A stretch of DNA of 64,000 bases from Basidiobolus meristosporus CBS 931.73 (Eukaryota > Fungi > Basidiobolomycota): assembly GCA_002104905.1 (NCBI GenBank), contig MCFE01000003.1:62001-126000 (forward strand), written 5' to 3'. The notes under the pieces are model-generated. The model had not been told where the DNA came from, searched no databases, and saw only the letters and a program-made list of their open reading frames with translations. The position numbers and the translations under genes were made by a program. This document shows positions 51,600 to 64,000 of this stretch, in pieces. The first letter of the stretch is position 1; each line of letters opens with the position of its first letter.

Positions 51600-54450
51600 C
51601 TAGCCATCAGGATCTCATTTAGAGACCATCATAATACCAGCAGCTTGGAATTAGTGGCCCTCCTAACAATCTTATGACAGGATCTTGACAGTGTTTTGCT
51701 AATTTTACAACCAAATTAAGGGACAAAACTTAACAATATTTTATTGGTGCTGTGACAATATTTGCATGGTTTTGTTGCAGTCTTTTAGCGCTCTATAACT
51801 ATTTTAAGTGGATCCAGTTGGCCAGGACATCCAATTGTCATATATGGCAAGAAACTTGACAGTATTTTGACAGCCTCACAGCAAGACTCTGATGGCATTA
51901 TATTGGCAGTATGACAGCCTACTGCTGGTTCTCTATAATACTACCATGCCAATTCACCAAATGGTATTTCCTTTTTCTACCTCCCCTTGTGCAATTCATA
52001 TACTTCATTCTAGAATCACCCATCTTTATTTGCTTACCCACTACTACCTTGGTTATTCCACATAGAGTTCAAATAAAAAAAAACTATGGCCTCCTGCTTA
52101 CTAACCTCTACAAACGCACACACCTGCTGCAATTGACATACTTCTATTGCCTCAACTTTACAGCTTTTTAGTGTGATACTTGCAAAGTTGCCATATACCT
52201 TGTACTGCTGGTACATATACATCTTGCAAACATATGCTTGGTTGTTGCCACTTCTGCCATGAATACCTCCTGAATATCTGCAAAGAACTTCTTGGTATTT
52301 AGCAAATATATTCCTTCTCCCTGCTGGATTCTAGTTCCCCTTATAGGTGTGCTCTGCCTTTTGTTTGTGTGAATCCCATATTGAATGGTGTAGAAGTTAG
52401 CTTGTGACCATGAGAAATCTGGCATATCTTGGTAGAGTTTTCCTGATAAAAATTAGTTGCTTGCTGCACCCAACCCACCTTTGCATTACTTAACTGATTA
52501 CCCATGCATTGGGGCTGCTTAGCTTCTTAATGCCATAGGCATAGGTGTCTCCATGTGCACATTTGTCCTCAGTATTTTCCAACTCTTTCTGGCAGTCCTC
52601 CATGTACCAACTAATTACATCCATGATAGACTTGAAGGTAATATTCTTGATGAGATTGGAATATGGTAGTACCTGTGACTTGACTTGTCTTCCTATCTCC
52701 CCACACATCCACTCTATAGGAAACTCCCTAAAGGTGAAGCAAGGCCCAACATTCTCCACACACTGTGCAAGATGGAGTAGAGAATGGAAACAGTAGCAGC
52801 AGAGATCTATGCATTCAGCTTTATGTTTGTAGTATAGCTGCTCAAATCCTGTCACAAACTCCTCAGACAACAGCTGTATTGTGTCAAGTTGGCATTGGTG
52901 ATCTGCTTGTGGATAAATATTCCAACAATGTCCACATATGACTCCCAATGCTTCCAACATACTCTTGGTAGGAATGGCCTCAGAACACCGCTGGAATAAA
53001 TACATATCCAGTTCATCCAGTCTTTGTATTTTTATTGTTGCATATGGGTATGAATATTAATTGGCACCCATGAGAAGTACTTAGGGTAGCAGATACTCTG
53101 CAATATCTTGCCAATTCTTTCAAGCTTCTCCAGTACCTTGAAGGACTGATTTAGCTTGAAATGCCCCATGTACAACTTGGTTATCAGTATAGGGATATTG
53201 CTGAAAAGCAAATGCATTGCTGCCAGCGGAAAGCTTTTGTGCCAACAGATACCCATTATCTTAAGTATCTCTGGCTTTCAAGTGATTCCATAATCTGGCC
53301 AATGGCTTATAGCTTGCCAGCTTTGCTGCAATTGCATGCTTACTTCTGTATGTTCTCTCTGTGGAAAGATGATGTTCATTGTGTTGGTGTTTGGGTAATA
53401 ATAATGTGCATGAGTTATGGAGTAAATCCCCTGGATCTCACGCATATGACAGCAATACCATCCATTATGCCTGGAAAAACCTGCTATCTTGCTGATGACT
53501 GGGTATCTCCAATGCAGATAATAATATGTGCATTTACATAATGACCATTTACTATTATCCCACTGGAATGCATACAAGATTCATCCAGCAATGGATACAG
53601 GTAGCTATCCAGGTTGGACAGTGATGTAGGCTCAGATACTAGTGAGAGTACCATCAGATTATTGCTCTGATACCATAAGATGGGTGGCAGATTCAGATTG
53701 ATGAGAATTGGTGCCTACAGGATTAACTGGTAGAGTACTTGTTTAATGAAAATTCACCAAGTGCTAAAGCAACGGCATGGTCATACATACCTTTATGGTA
53801 GCCCTTGCTTCTTAGCTGTTTATGATGTTTGCCATTGAATATATTAGATATATTTGTGCTTGATTGATACAGAGTGTGGTACTGTGTAGCTTTGCAATAT
53901 TTGTTGGACTGCATCAGCTTCCTCAGACAGGGTATGACCAGAATATATCTGGAGTGTGAACAAGGTTTTCCCTCAATGGTGGTGGATTCCTGACAATTTG
54001 AACATGTTGCAATGGTAGCATTTTTGAATGCAAATGCCATGCAACTGTTGACACAAGCTGGAATCAGGACAGTCTCTGGATCATATGTTGCCAGCCACAT
54101 GATGGTTGTCCACTTGTGCCATGTACATGGTAAGTTGCATTGCAGTATGATTTTGGCAAGAAGTAGTAATAAATCCTCAAAGCCCCCATTACTGATATTA
54201 GTGGAAACACACCACCTCTCTAAGCACAACATTACATCATTCACCAGTAGATGGATTACTGGGCTCACTTGGCTCCATAAAGTATCCTAGGCATTTGTTT
54301 CAGGGGTGTTGTCTCATTGCATATAGGGATTTGACCGGGCTCATATGTGGTACTGTTGTCAGGGGAGTTAGGCTCAAAATCCATCTGCAAACCTTCTTTG
54401 TCAGAGCTATCACTCTGCATGACTTATTCAGAAGGCTGAGGTGAGCCTAA
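51600..54450 (-). pseudogene. Tnp2/Transposase_21-type (CACTA) transposase, frameshifted
   Basis: PACVNSCMAF...CSNCQE...YILVIPCLRKL, DHAVALALGEF, KIAGFSRHNGWYCCHMREIQG, CFHSLLHLAQCVENVGP...FPIEWMCGEIGRQVKS. Confidence 0.8.
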
Positions 54451-54949
54451 AGGCATCACAAACTCACCTGACTCAGTTTGCGCAAGGTGCAAAGATGGCC
54501 AGGTGCCAATATAGAAGTATCAACTGACCATCAAGATAATGTTGGTACAGTAGTGATCAATGAATGGTCAAGTATGACTTTGGTGCCAAAACATTGGCTG
54601 TGATCCTTGTAATACTTCCTATGCTGCCTGCATGCTTCATGGCTGAGAGGCTTGCCACAATAGCCACATGGTCTTTTTTCTCTTCTCTACGGCATTGAGT
54701 CAAAGTAATCTTTTCCATAGGGCAAACAGTTTGACCTTCAACAATGTAATGCTGTTATATCACCTTTTGGTAAATACATATACTCATATGAACATAAGAC
54801 AGTCTTGTATTTGAGACACTGCACCTACATGAATGTATGATTTGGCAATGACCTGCCATAGTAAGCATTATAAATAAAGTTGTGACACCACATACTCACC
54901 TGTATGTAACACTATTTCCCCTCTAGTGTGACTCATTTCCATATATATG

Positions 54950-56170
54950 CCGCCAAAAAATAAAGCAAAGTTGTCTGATTCTCAACCAAACCCCAATGCT
55001 GGCAGCAGCAGAAGAACAGTTGGAGCAACAGCTTGCTTTGACATTCAGTGCAACAAGCAGGGCTACATCTAAAAAAGGCCCTGTGGACAGTGTGCCCATT
55101 GAAGGTGATAATGTGGACTCCTCAGGCTCTCAGTCAAGTAGGCAATTGAGAACCTCTGCAGAGCAACAAGCTGACCATTATGCTCAGGAAGATGAGAATG
55201 TAGCAAAGCACAGTACCCTCAGTTGAAGATCAGCAAGTGGCCATGATAACATCACCACCTCCCATATAAGCAAGTATGTTGTTAGCTCATACCAAAGCAA
55301 TAATTTAAGTAATTAGGTGCAGTGGCTGATAGGATAGATGCAATGACCCAGAGAAATCAGGAAATAGTTCAGAAACAGGATGAGCGGATAATATGTGTAG
55401 AGCAATCAACATCCCAGGTAGAGAAAGCCGTATCTGTTGCTGCAAAGAAGGAACCCAAGTAGCTCAATGTCACAGCCACAGAATTGAGCCATTTCCCAAT
55501 GTAACAGCAGAGGAACACCATACAGTCTTTGAAGCACAGCAACAGTGCCCAAAGGTAAAGCCCACAGAAAAACCTATCACAGCAAGGGAGGGAGACAGTA
55601 TGGTGTCTATACCAAAGCCTAAAGATTAAAAGACATTGAAGATCCATGAAGTTGTTGAGTGCAATAATGACAGAGTGGGCTAGTATACAAGAGGCTGTCA
55701 GAAGTCAAGCATGCCATCACCTTAAGGCCAGCATACCATGGCAACCATCAGGAACTCAAGGCCAAGCAGAATGCTCTTGACTTGTTCCATGAGCATTATC
55801 CTGGACTCAAATGGGCAAATGGATTTTGGGCTAGCATTGGTATGCTGAGAGAGTATCTTAAGAATAGCAGAAACTATCAAAGGCAGAAGAACAAGGGTGC
55901 CATGGCTAAAAAACCAGCAGCTTCTCATGAGCCCATTACAAGCAGGGCCAAAAGCACCAGACAAGCATTAAGAGATGTCAGGTAGCTGCAAGAGTGCCAA
56001 TTAGGGACAAGCAGACAGACACAGATGCACCAGCACAACATTTATCAAGGAAAAAGCATAGTACATGCTGGCTGAAGACTAGGACATGTGGGAGCCAGTG
56101 AATGAACAGTGGCATAAAGCTGTTAGGTTCCCACCCAAGACATGAAACCAGAGCATTGACAGCAGAAATA
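54950..56170 (+). pseudogene. CACTA ORF2 (unknown, helical/basic protein), degenerate
   Basis: FHEHYPGLKWANGFWASIGMLREYLKNSRNYQRQ, homologous to the open frame at 37349-38045. Confidence 0.65.
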
Positions 56171-58714
56171 CTTATTGAGTGGTGGATTTTAATGGAGTTG
56201 ATTGTTGAGTGTGGGGCTGGGCTTAATGCTAATGTAGGGTATAGAGACTTGTATAGGTCAATCCAATTGGCAATGGAGGCACAACTGAAGTTTCAGTCAA
56301 AATAAATCAATTTGTATGCATGAAAATTAAGCGAAATGGATGAGCCAGGAAGTAAGGAGTGTGAAAAAGAGGCAATAGCCAATCAATTCACACAAGTATA
56401 GGAGGCAATAGAGTGTCTGGGATCAGAAAGTGAGCAAATTGGCAGGGAATTAATCAAAGGCCACATATACATTGTTGTGATTAAAAAATTTTGACTAAGT
56501 TTTTTGTGAAATTGGGGTGCAATTATTTTTCAACAGTCTCTGGACAGTGTTCCAACAGGATCAGTACCTCTTAGTCATGGGACTTTAACTTTGTGACAGC
56601 CTTTTGATGGATTGTGTCAATAATTTTTAATAGGGAATGTTTCTAGATCTCTTGGATAACTGTATTATGTTCAGCTGCTGGGTGGCTTGTAAAGGTTCTG
56701 GTGGTCAGTGTATCAAGCTGTAGGCTAAAGGAGTATAAGTGTAGAGTGGGGTAAAACCAGTTGTTATTGTTGTAGAGTTTTCAGGAAATTGGAAGTGACA
56801 GGGACAACAGACAGATTAAGTGCTGTTTACCTGATGATTTATCAAATATAAGGTAGTATTTATATTTCACACAGTCTTAGCATAACAAACATGTATATTA
56901 TGCCTATGAAGGCCCCCAGAGATTGTGTGCAAAGCTTGGTACAGTTTGGATAACTTTGAGAATTTTCATATTATTGGTACCTGATGTTTTGGCAAAAACA
57001 ATCCAAGTAAACATCAACAAGGAACTAGGTCAGTAATCTCTAAGATTTGTAGGTAATGATCTAAGTGACTAAGTAAGGTGAATATTTAAATGGAGTTACA
57101 ACTTTTCTCATCACCATTACTCAACTAAATTCTCATTCTGACTAGTTCAATTTGTGATATAAGATATTCTAATTTGTTTGAAGCTATTGGTTTAATCAAT
57201 ATGTCTGTAATCAGTTCTTCTGTAGGATAGTAAGCTAAACTAACTAAATTGTCTTCTATAGCTTTGTGAGTAAAAGGTTGCTTAATATCTGTGTGCTTTG
57301 TTCTAGCATAAGCAGTTGGATTTCTACTTAATTGCTTGCATACTTGATTATCTTGTAACAGAGTATTGGGGTTTTTTTGACATAAGCCACAATCTCAAGA
57401 ACTTTCTAGGCCACATTGCTGCTTTTGTAGTCTCACTGGATGCCATATACTCTGCCTCTGTGGTGGATATTCTATCTGAGACTATGCTTAAATGCAGCAA
57501 TATGATCAGATCCAGAGGTCTGATTATGCTGGCAGACAACTCATTGAATGCGTGATATTGAGATGTGCTTGAAGCATGATATTCATTAGACTGCCAACCA
57601 TAGAGTGGCCAGACATGTAGTACTGATAGAACTGGATTTGCTCTATCTGGGTTATCATACATACTTTAGCTAGCGGTACTCCTTTGGAAATTCACTGATT
57701 CTATATAAGAATCAACCTTGCAATTCCAGGCTCTTGGTAATTGCTTCAAACCATATAGAGAACTTTTCAGCTAGAAAACCAAATGGAGGTTACTTTGGCT
57801 AGCAAGCCCAGCAGGCTTGCTCATGTACACAGCCTCATCAAGTTATCCATTGAAAAATGCAGCTGTTACATCTATCTAATGAATAAAAACTTATATTTGG
57901 CTGCAATAGTCAATAATGATCTGATGGAATTAAGCTTGACTACCAGTGTAGAGGTCTCAGTATATTCAAGTCCTTTTATTTGAGAGTATACTTTGGCACA
58001 AGTGTTGCTTTGTATCTTTCATTTGTACCATCAGCCTTGTATTTGCCTTAAAGACTGGTCAGCATCCAATTTATTTTTGGTTGATTATTAATATAACTAA
58101 GTCAGAGGATTGGTTTTCCATCAGGGCCTGGTACTCCTCAGTCATTGCAGATTTCCAACAGCTTATGTGAGAGCAGTTTAGAGCCTCCTTTACAGTGTGG
58201 GGCTCATCAGTATGGACTGAACAGATATAGGCTAGGTGCATATCCTTATTGATATAGTAATTTAGCTATTTCTGGTATGGCTGGATTCCCTGGTTTGTAG
58301 TACTGAAATGGTTGCTTCTGAGATATTCCTGGGCACTAATTGAGGCTAAAAAATGATTGTTAGGCTGTTGGGAGTGATAGAACTTACACAGTATTGCACT
58401 GATCCAATCCTGACTGTTGGTGGACTCAAAGCAGATTTTTGTCTTCTTCAAGTGTAAGTTTTTGTGCAAATTTAGAATTTCATCAGAGTTCACATCCCTG
58501 AGCAAAATCAACCTCCTTGCTCTGGTATTAAGAATTTGTATGCCTCACTCTTATAGCAGTAGCCCAAAAATATGATTTTTACACTTTTTGGCTTAACTTT
58601 TGACTGATTTCCTCATAATTTTTTGGCATATGCTGTGCACCCAAATATTGTTAGATGGTCTGCACTTGGCCTCTATCCTCACCATGCCTCACATAGTGTA
58701 GAATACAAAGTATT

Positions 58715-59081
58715 TTTTGAAACACTGGGCAATTTGTTATTACTCAGCAATTGAGAATTTACTTAGCTATTCTGGACTAGTTGTAGTCAATGTAGGGCTT
58801 GCATACAGCCTCAGCTTGGCCATTTTCTTTCAGATTTATGAGCTCATGATTATTACCCTATAGTCAAGATCAAATTAGCACTTATACAAAGCACTGTGTG
58901 TTAATCCTGACTATTACAGAAAGCTACTGATTATTGCAAAATTCTCCTAACTTAGTGTTACAGTTGTATTACCTCTACATTGGAATAAGTGCTAACCTTC
59001 TTGAATAACAAAGAACATCCCAACTATTATCACTACTTCTTGATAAGCTTCCTATTACCAAATGCTACTTTGATTGCAGCA
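58715..59081 (+). mobile_element. Solo LTR, copia family B, TSD GTATT
   Basis: Homologous to 61043-61412 and 62105-62473; GTATT at 58710-58714 and 59082-59086. Confidence 0.85.
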
Positions 59082-59411
59082 GTATTCTACTACAACTCCT
59101 AATTATACAGTGTACAGCCATAGTAACTATTCCAACCCATGATTCATAGTAAAATTGCTAATTTTGGATCAAAAATCTTGCTATACCAATGATAAATGCA
59201 TTTGTATGTTCTACACTCTATTTTGCTGAGTGGAGTATGGTGCAGTGGTATCTGGCTTTATCCCATGATCTTTGCTGAAGCAGATAAAGAGCTTTGAGGT
59301 ACATTCTGAGCTATTGTCAGTGCACAAATTCATCATTGTTGCTCTGGTTACGCTCTCCACATCTACTTCAAAAACTATAAACTTAGAAAGAGCATCTTCC
59401 TCTCTCTCTGT

Positions 59412-60482
59412 TGTGGTGGTGTATAAGTCCAAGGGAGAGATACGTCCAACACTTCTCAAGTGTTTTGTGTGTGGGGTGTTCACTGGGCGCAATAACCTCT
59501 GGCAAAAGCTTGCTAGGAAAACTTGGGTTCTGTCTTTAATCTAATGTGAAGGGGAATAAAGCCACAAGCTTGTCAAGGGAAAACTTTTGAGCTACAATCC
59601 CCAACTTAGTTGGCGTCTTAACAAAAGTATGTGCTGGGTTCAGCGTCCTTTGAGATGACAATGTACTAAAGCTTCCAAAGTCAAAACAACTGTAAACTCC
59701 ACCAGCAGGGACTTGATAAGAATGCAGCTGTGGTCAATAGTTACAAAGACAGAAAAGTATCTTTGCCTGTACAAGAACAATCTTGGGAAAGAATCAAATA
59801 TAATAAAAGATACCTACTCTGAGTATTCCTCACAAGTAGTGCCTCCAAGGTCAGTTGGCTGTCAGCGCGGTTTCCTGGGAGTGTCCTGTGGTCTGGGGTT
59901 GGAAGTTCAGGTAGCAGCAGGTAGCAGTGATCACACTAATCAACAAGTTGGTATATTGATAAAAGGGATGATGATTTATTGTTGAGGGATAGCCTCCCTT
60001 ATATACTTTTCTTACTGGCTAAGTGATTACTAATCATGGTGTTCCAGAAGGTTCCGGATATCAATAGAAATCTTAATGACATCAGAATGACCTAAGAATG
60101 TTCTAAGTAGGTGCCACAAGGTTCTAAGAGGCACAGCACATCCAACCAATCAGGAATCAGTATGCTGAAACCTGTGTAACATGGGGATACCATATATGGG
60201 ATGGAAATGGTAGGGATGGTGACACGGGTTGATCATGTGTCACGGGTACTGGCGTGGGTACTTGCCTAATATAGAAGTACTTATAGCTAGTAATCTTACA
60301 TAAAGTGAGGGGTAACTTATGCAATAAGGTAAGCAGGTGTGATAGTCAACCAGCCTATGGGATAGTACTGATTAGGTAAGACAAATGGGATAAAACTAAA
60401 ATAAGTGTAGTAGAGATATAGGGAAGTAGAAAATAAGGGAATGAGCACATCTGTCAGTGGGTGTCACTGTCACCCCACTACA
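59412..60482. mobile_element. Long solo LTR (1071 bp), probably Ty3/gypsy-type, 4-bp TSD CTGT/CCGT
   Basis: TGTGGTGG...CCCCACTACA ends. Removing it plus one 4-bp copy restores the integrase frame VYLT-EREEDALSKF. Confidence 0.85.
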
Positions 60483-61042
60483 CCGTGAGGTAGACTTGCA
60501 TGTTTTTAGTATAAGCATCAGAAAAAGCAAATAACTACCTCAACCTGGCTAAGAATAAATTTTGCATTGTTCCGTGCAGATCTTAGTGAATAAGAATAAA
60601 TTCTTCTTAGTTTTGATTAGCCCTGAACTCTTGACCAATTGTGTGGCTTGTTCCTAATTATGCAGGCTCCATAATGATCCATATTTCCTAGGGGATTAGT
60701 TTTTACTCTGGAAATTAGCTAATTTTTGATCACTTTGCACAATTAATCAAAGTTGAAGTGTCCAAATCTCCTGTGCCAGCACATTGGCACTTTGTCATGT
60801 AAGTTACTTATATTGACTTCCAGATATTATGGAATAGTCATCACATATTAGAGACTTGAATCTCTGATACCCCAAGCCATAGGAGTGCAAGTTGATCAGT
60901 GATCTTGCATCAAGAATTGTTGAAACGGAAACTGAGTCCTTCTGCTGTGGCTCTGCTTACAGAAACTAGGTTCTTGACTATTTCTGATGCATAGTGCACT
61001 TCTTTGAAGGTGAGTGTGTGGCTTCCTTCACTGCTTGTGGGC

Positions 61043-61412
61043 TGTTGAAATACTGGACTATTTGGTATCATTCAGCAGCTAAAATTTACTTAACAATTCT
61101 AGACTAGTCTTGGTCTCTGTAGGACTTGTTAGCAGCCCCAGCTTTGCCAGCTTCTTCACATCTATGATCCTGTGATTATTCCCCTATAGTGAAGATCAAA
61201 TCAACACTTTTTACCAAACATTATGTACTAACCCTGGAACTGTTACCAAATGCTCCTGAATGCTAAGAAGCCCCTCTTTCTTAGTGTTATAGCTGTATTA
61301 CTTCTACAAAGGTATAAATACTGATCTGCTTTATAAATAAATAGCAGTAATACTATTAACACCATATCTTGATAAGTTCCTTATATCCAAATCACTTCTT
61401 AAAATTGCAACA
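61043..61412 (+). mobile_element. Solo LTR, copia family B (370 bp), TSD TGGGC
   Basis: TGTTG...GCAACA ends; TGGGC at 61038-61042 and 61413-61417. Confidence 0.92.
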
Positions 61413-62104
61413 TGGGCCTCACTTGCATAGCTCCATCTCCAACTGTATCATATTTCCTATTTTCACCTATGAAAATATTTGTGATTGGAATTTCTTGATG
61501 AAGGATAAAGAGCTCTTTTGGTGTGTAAGATGATGAGATGCTCCAGAGCCCATATACCACACCTGAGATTCCTTGTTTGTGGTCATACTTAGTGCAGAAA
61601 TTAATAGTCTATGCTCAGCTGTTGTGGCATATCCATACCAAAGCTTCTTTTGCCTTATTACTCATCTTGAAGCACTGGTTCAATGCATGTTCTTTCCATT
61701 TGCAGTGGTTGCCTAACAGGTTGCAGTCACCTATGAATGGTCTTAAATATCACCTATGCTAGTTGTCATTGCCTATTAGTGCATATTCCAATTCCTTCTT
61801 ATTGGTGCTTGATTCCTGTAATTCTTAATCTAGAAGCCTTTATTATATAAAATATTAGGTCAAATCTTTAGCTCTGGAGCTCACTGCTAGTCAAAAGCCC
61901 TGAAACTGATTGGAGAGGCTATTCAGGATGGTTACTATCACATCTTCATCAGTAACTGGTACAAAATTCAAAAATTCCACTGCATCAACTAACAGTTTAA
62001 TTCCGTTGATTAGATTCTCACTTCTTCTACCAGTAGCATCTCTACAGAAATGACCATTTGTCTAAGGTACATTTCTTTGCAGCTGGGCATGATTAGTAGT
62101 TGTC

Positions 62105-64000
62105 TGCTGAAATATTGCACTATTTGGTATCATTCAGCAGCTAAAAGCTTACTTAACAATTCTGGACTGGCCTTAGCCACTCTGGGACCAACCTACAGCC
62201 CTAACATTTCCACTTTTGTTAGATCTATAATCCTATGATTATTCCCTTATAGCCAAGATCAAATTAGCACATTTGCCATACATTGTGTACTAACCTTAAA
62301 ACTGTTACACAATGCTCCTGAGTGTTGCAAAGCTCTCCTTACTTAGCGTTATAGTTGTATTACTTCTACAAAGGCATGTATACTGAGCTTCTTTATAAAT
62401 AAACAGCTGTGTAGCTATTATCAATATTTGTTGATAAGTTCTGTATATCCAAAACACTTCTTAAATTGCAACAGGTTTTGAGCCCTAATTGCTTTTTTAC
62501 AAAAGTCCTCAACATAAGAAAGAGGCCATATGATGACATGCTTCAACTCATTACCAGAATTAAGACACTTGCAGTAGAACCATATAGTATCAATGCTGGT
62601 GTAGAGGATGACAAAAAGATACTCTGTCTGCTTTGCAGCTTACCAGACAAGTATGAGCCGCTCATACCTTTTTTGAAAGCAGAGAAGGCAATCTGACTTT
62701 GGACTATGTCAAAGGAAGTCTTCTCCATGAAGAACTCAGATGTAACAGTCAGGAAGCAAAAATTGATGATAATGCTTTATTCAGTGCAAAAAGGCACACA
62801 GCAAAGAAGGGAAAGCAACAAAACCAAAGAAAATCTGGTTGTTGTAACTAGTGCAGGAAGCCGGGATACTAGGAAAGAGAATGCATGAAGAAACAAGCAG
62901 AAAATAAAAAGAAACTAGAGCAGGCAAATCATGTAACTACTGATGTACAGCTATTTGTAACTGAACAACAAAGTGCAGGTAACTAAAGTAATAAATGGTA
63001 TATGGACTCTAGAGCATTACAGCATACCTACAGTATAAAGGAGTGGTTAAGAAACTCAAGGACTATATCTGTGAAAGGTTTATCTGGGAGACAACTCTTC
63101 AATGGAAGCTACTACCAGTGGGTCTTTACAGCTAACTGTGAGTGATATCTCATGGGCAACAACAGCATAATTGACTGAAATACTTGATGTACCTGGAGTA
63201 GCTAAGAACCTACTCTCAGTCTGTAGAGCAACTACTCAGGTGTTGAGAATTGTTTTTACTCAGCTGAGCTGCTCAATATTGAGTGAAAGTGGATAAAAAA
63301 TAGTTTGGGAATGCAAGATCACAATATACAAGTTACAATGCAAGATCATTGCACCTGAGAATGTCAACTTTGCTGCAACTTTGAATGTCTGTAAGGGTTT
63401 TTTATATGGCAAACAAGCTAGGCAACAGTTCAGGAGCTCAGGAGGCATTAACACCACCAAAATACTGCATATTGTGCACTCAGACATGTGTGGCCCCATG
63501 ACAACACTGTCCTTTGGAGCCAAGAGATATTTTATGACAATTATTGATGACAAGTCAAGTTATAGATGGGTGTACTTCCTCAAGACAAAGGATAAAGCTT
63601 TGGAGATGTTTAAGCACTTCAAGAACATGGCAGAAACACAAACTGGGTTTGAATTGAAGGTAATTTGCGGTGACAATGGAGGATAACACTGCTCAAAGGA
63701 GTTTGCAAAGTACTGCCCATCTGCTGGTGTACTTCAACAGATCACTGTTACACATACTCTGCAGCAAAATGGAGTGGCAGAATGTGCAAATGGAACAATA
63801 GTAGAGATGGAAAGATCTAAGCTATATGGTAAGGGTATAGACTACAGATTTTGGGCTGCATCTGTTGCACTGGAATATACATCAAGAATAGGTGCCCAAC
63901 AACAGCACTATGTGCTTCTACACCTTTTGAAGCTTATACAGGGAAAAAACCAAACCTTCAGCACCTCAGAATCTTTAGCTGTAATGTCTTTAATCATGTC
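62105..64000 (+). mobile_element. Ty1/copia family B element, 5' part (LTR 62105-62473, PBS 62474-62485, degenerate gag/PR/IN); runs off the window
   Basis: PBS ggttttgagccc; gag LLCSLPDKYEPL; protease KWYMDS; integrase LHIVHSDMCGPM...GDNGG...QQNGVAE. Confidence 0.88.

Larger units (their letters stand above)
51556..56635. mobile_element. Complete CACTA/EnSpm-like DNA transposon copy B (5080 bp), 15-bp TIR CCCTAT(G/T)AAAAAT(A/T)A, TSD AAT
   Basis: ccctatgaaaaataa at 51556-51570 and taatttttaataggg at 56621-56635 (13/15 inverted match). AAT at 51553-51555 and 56636-56638. Confidence 0.9.
56768..62104 (-). mobile_element. Older degenerate copia family A element (3' LTR 56768-57113, RH, RT, IN, PR, gag) carrying four nested insertions
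   Basis: Colinear with 46406-50400 once 58715-59081, 59412-60482 and 61043-61412 are removed. The 5' part is cut by the family B element at 62105. Confidence 0.88.

Noticed and set aside
1-64000. tRNA, rRNA, snRNA genes, CRISPR arrays, U12-type introns
   Set aside because: None recognised by eye; the inspected introns are ordinary GT-AG. A tRNAscan/Infernal run would be needed to exclude small ncRNAs.
34600-64000. The many short ORF-track entries in the TE block as host genes
   Set aside because: They are fragments or antisense frames of the degenerate transposase, ORF2, gag-pol and LTR sequences.

Overview
Eukaryotic, fungal genomic DNA (Zn2Cys6 factor, DASH subunit, short GT-AG introns). 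An early-diverging, non-Dikarya lineage is my inference from the gene content. The window has two sharply different halves. (1) 1-34.3 kb is a compact, CpG-normal block of about 17 intron-containing genes: Zn2Cys6 TF, SQS1-like R3H/G-patch, CAF40, CHD1, SAH1, TOA2, DAD3, MIC10, VAMP7-like, RPN1, MRPL20, ARMC8/VID28, SAP18, STI1, VMA7 and PRS5-like. (2) 34.6-64 kb is a gene-free, AT-richer, strongly CpG-depleted nest of transposons. It holds two Ty1/copia families with a Ty5/copia-type half-tRNAiMet primer site (one full-length copy with TSD ATCAT, several solo LTRs with perfect TSDs) and a CACTA/EnSpm family with CCCTA termini and head-to-head transposase/ORF2 (one complete copy with TSD AAT). 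It also holds a chromovirus remnant and a 1.07-kb solo-LTR family whose two insertions both resolve to the same 4-bp CpG-containing target (CCGT). The block may be centromeric or heterochromatic (hypothesis). Exon boundaries, alignments and counts were worked out by eye, without tools.
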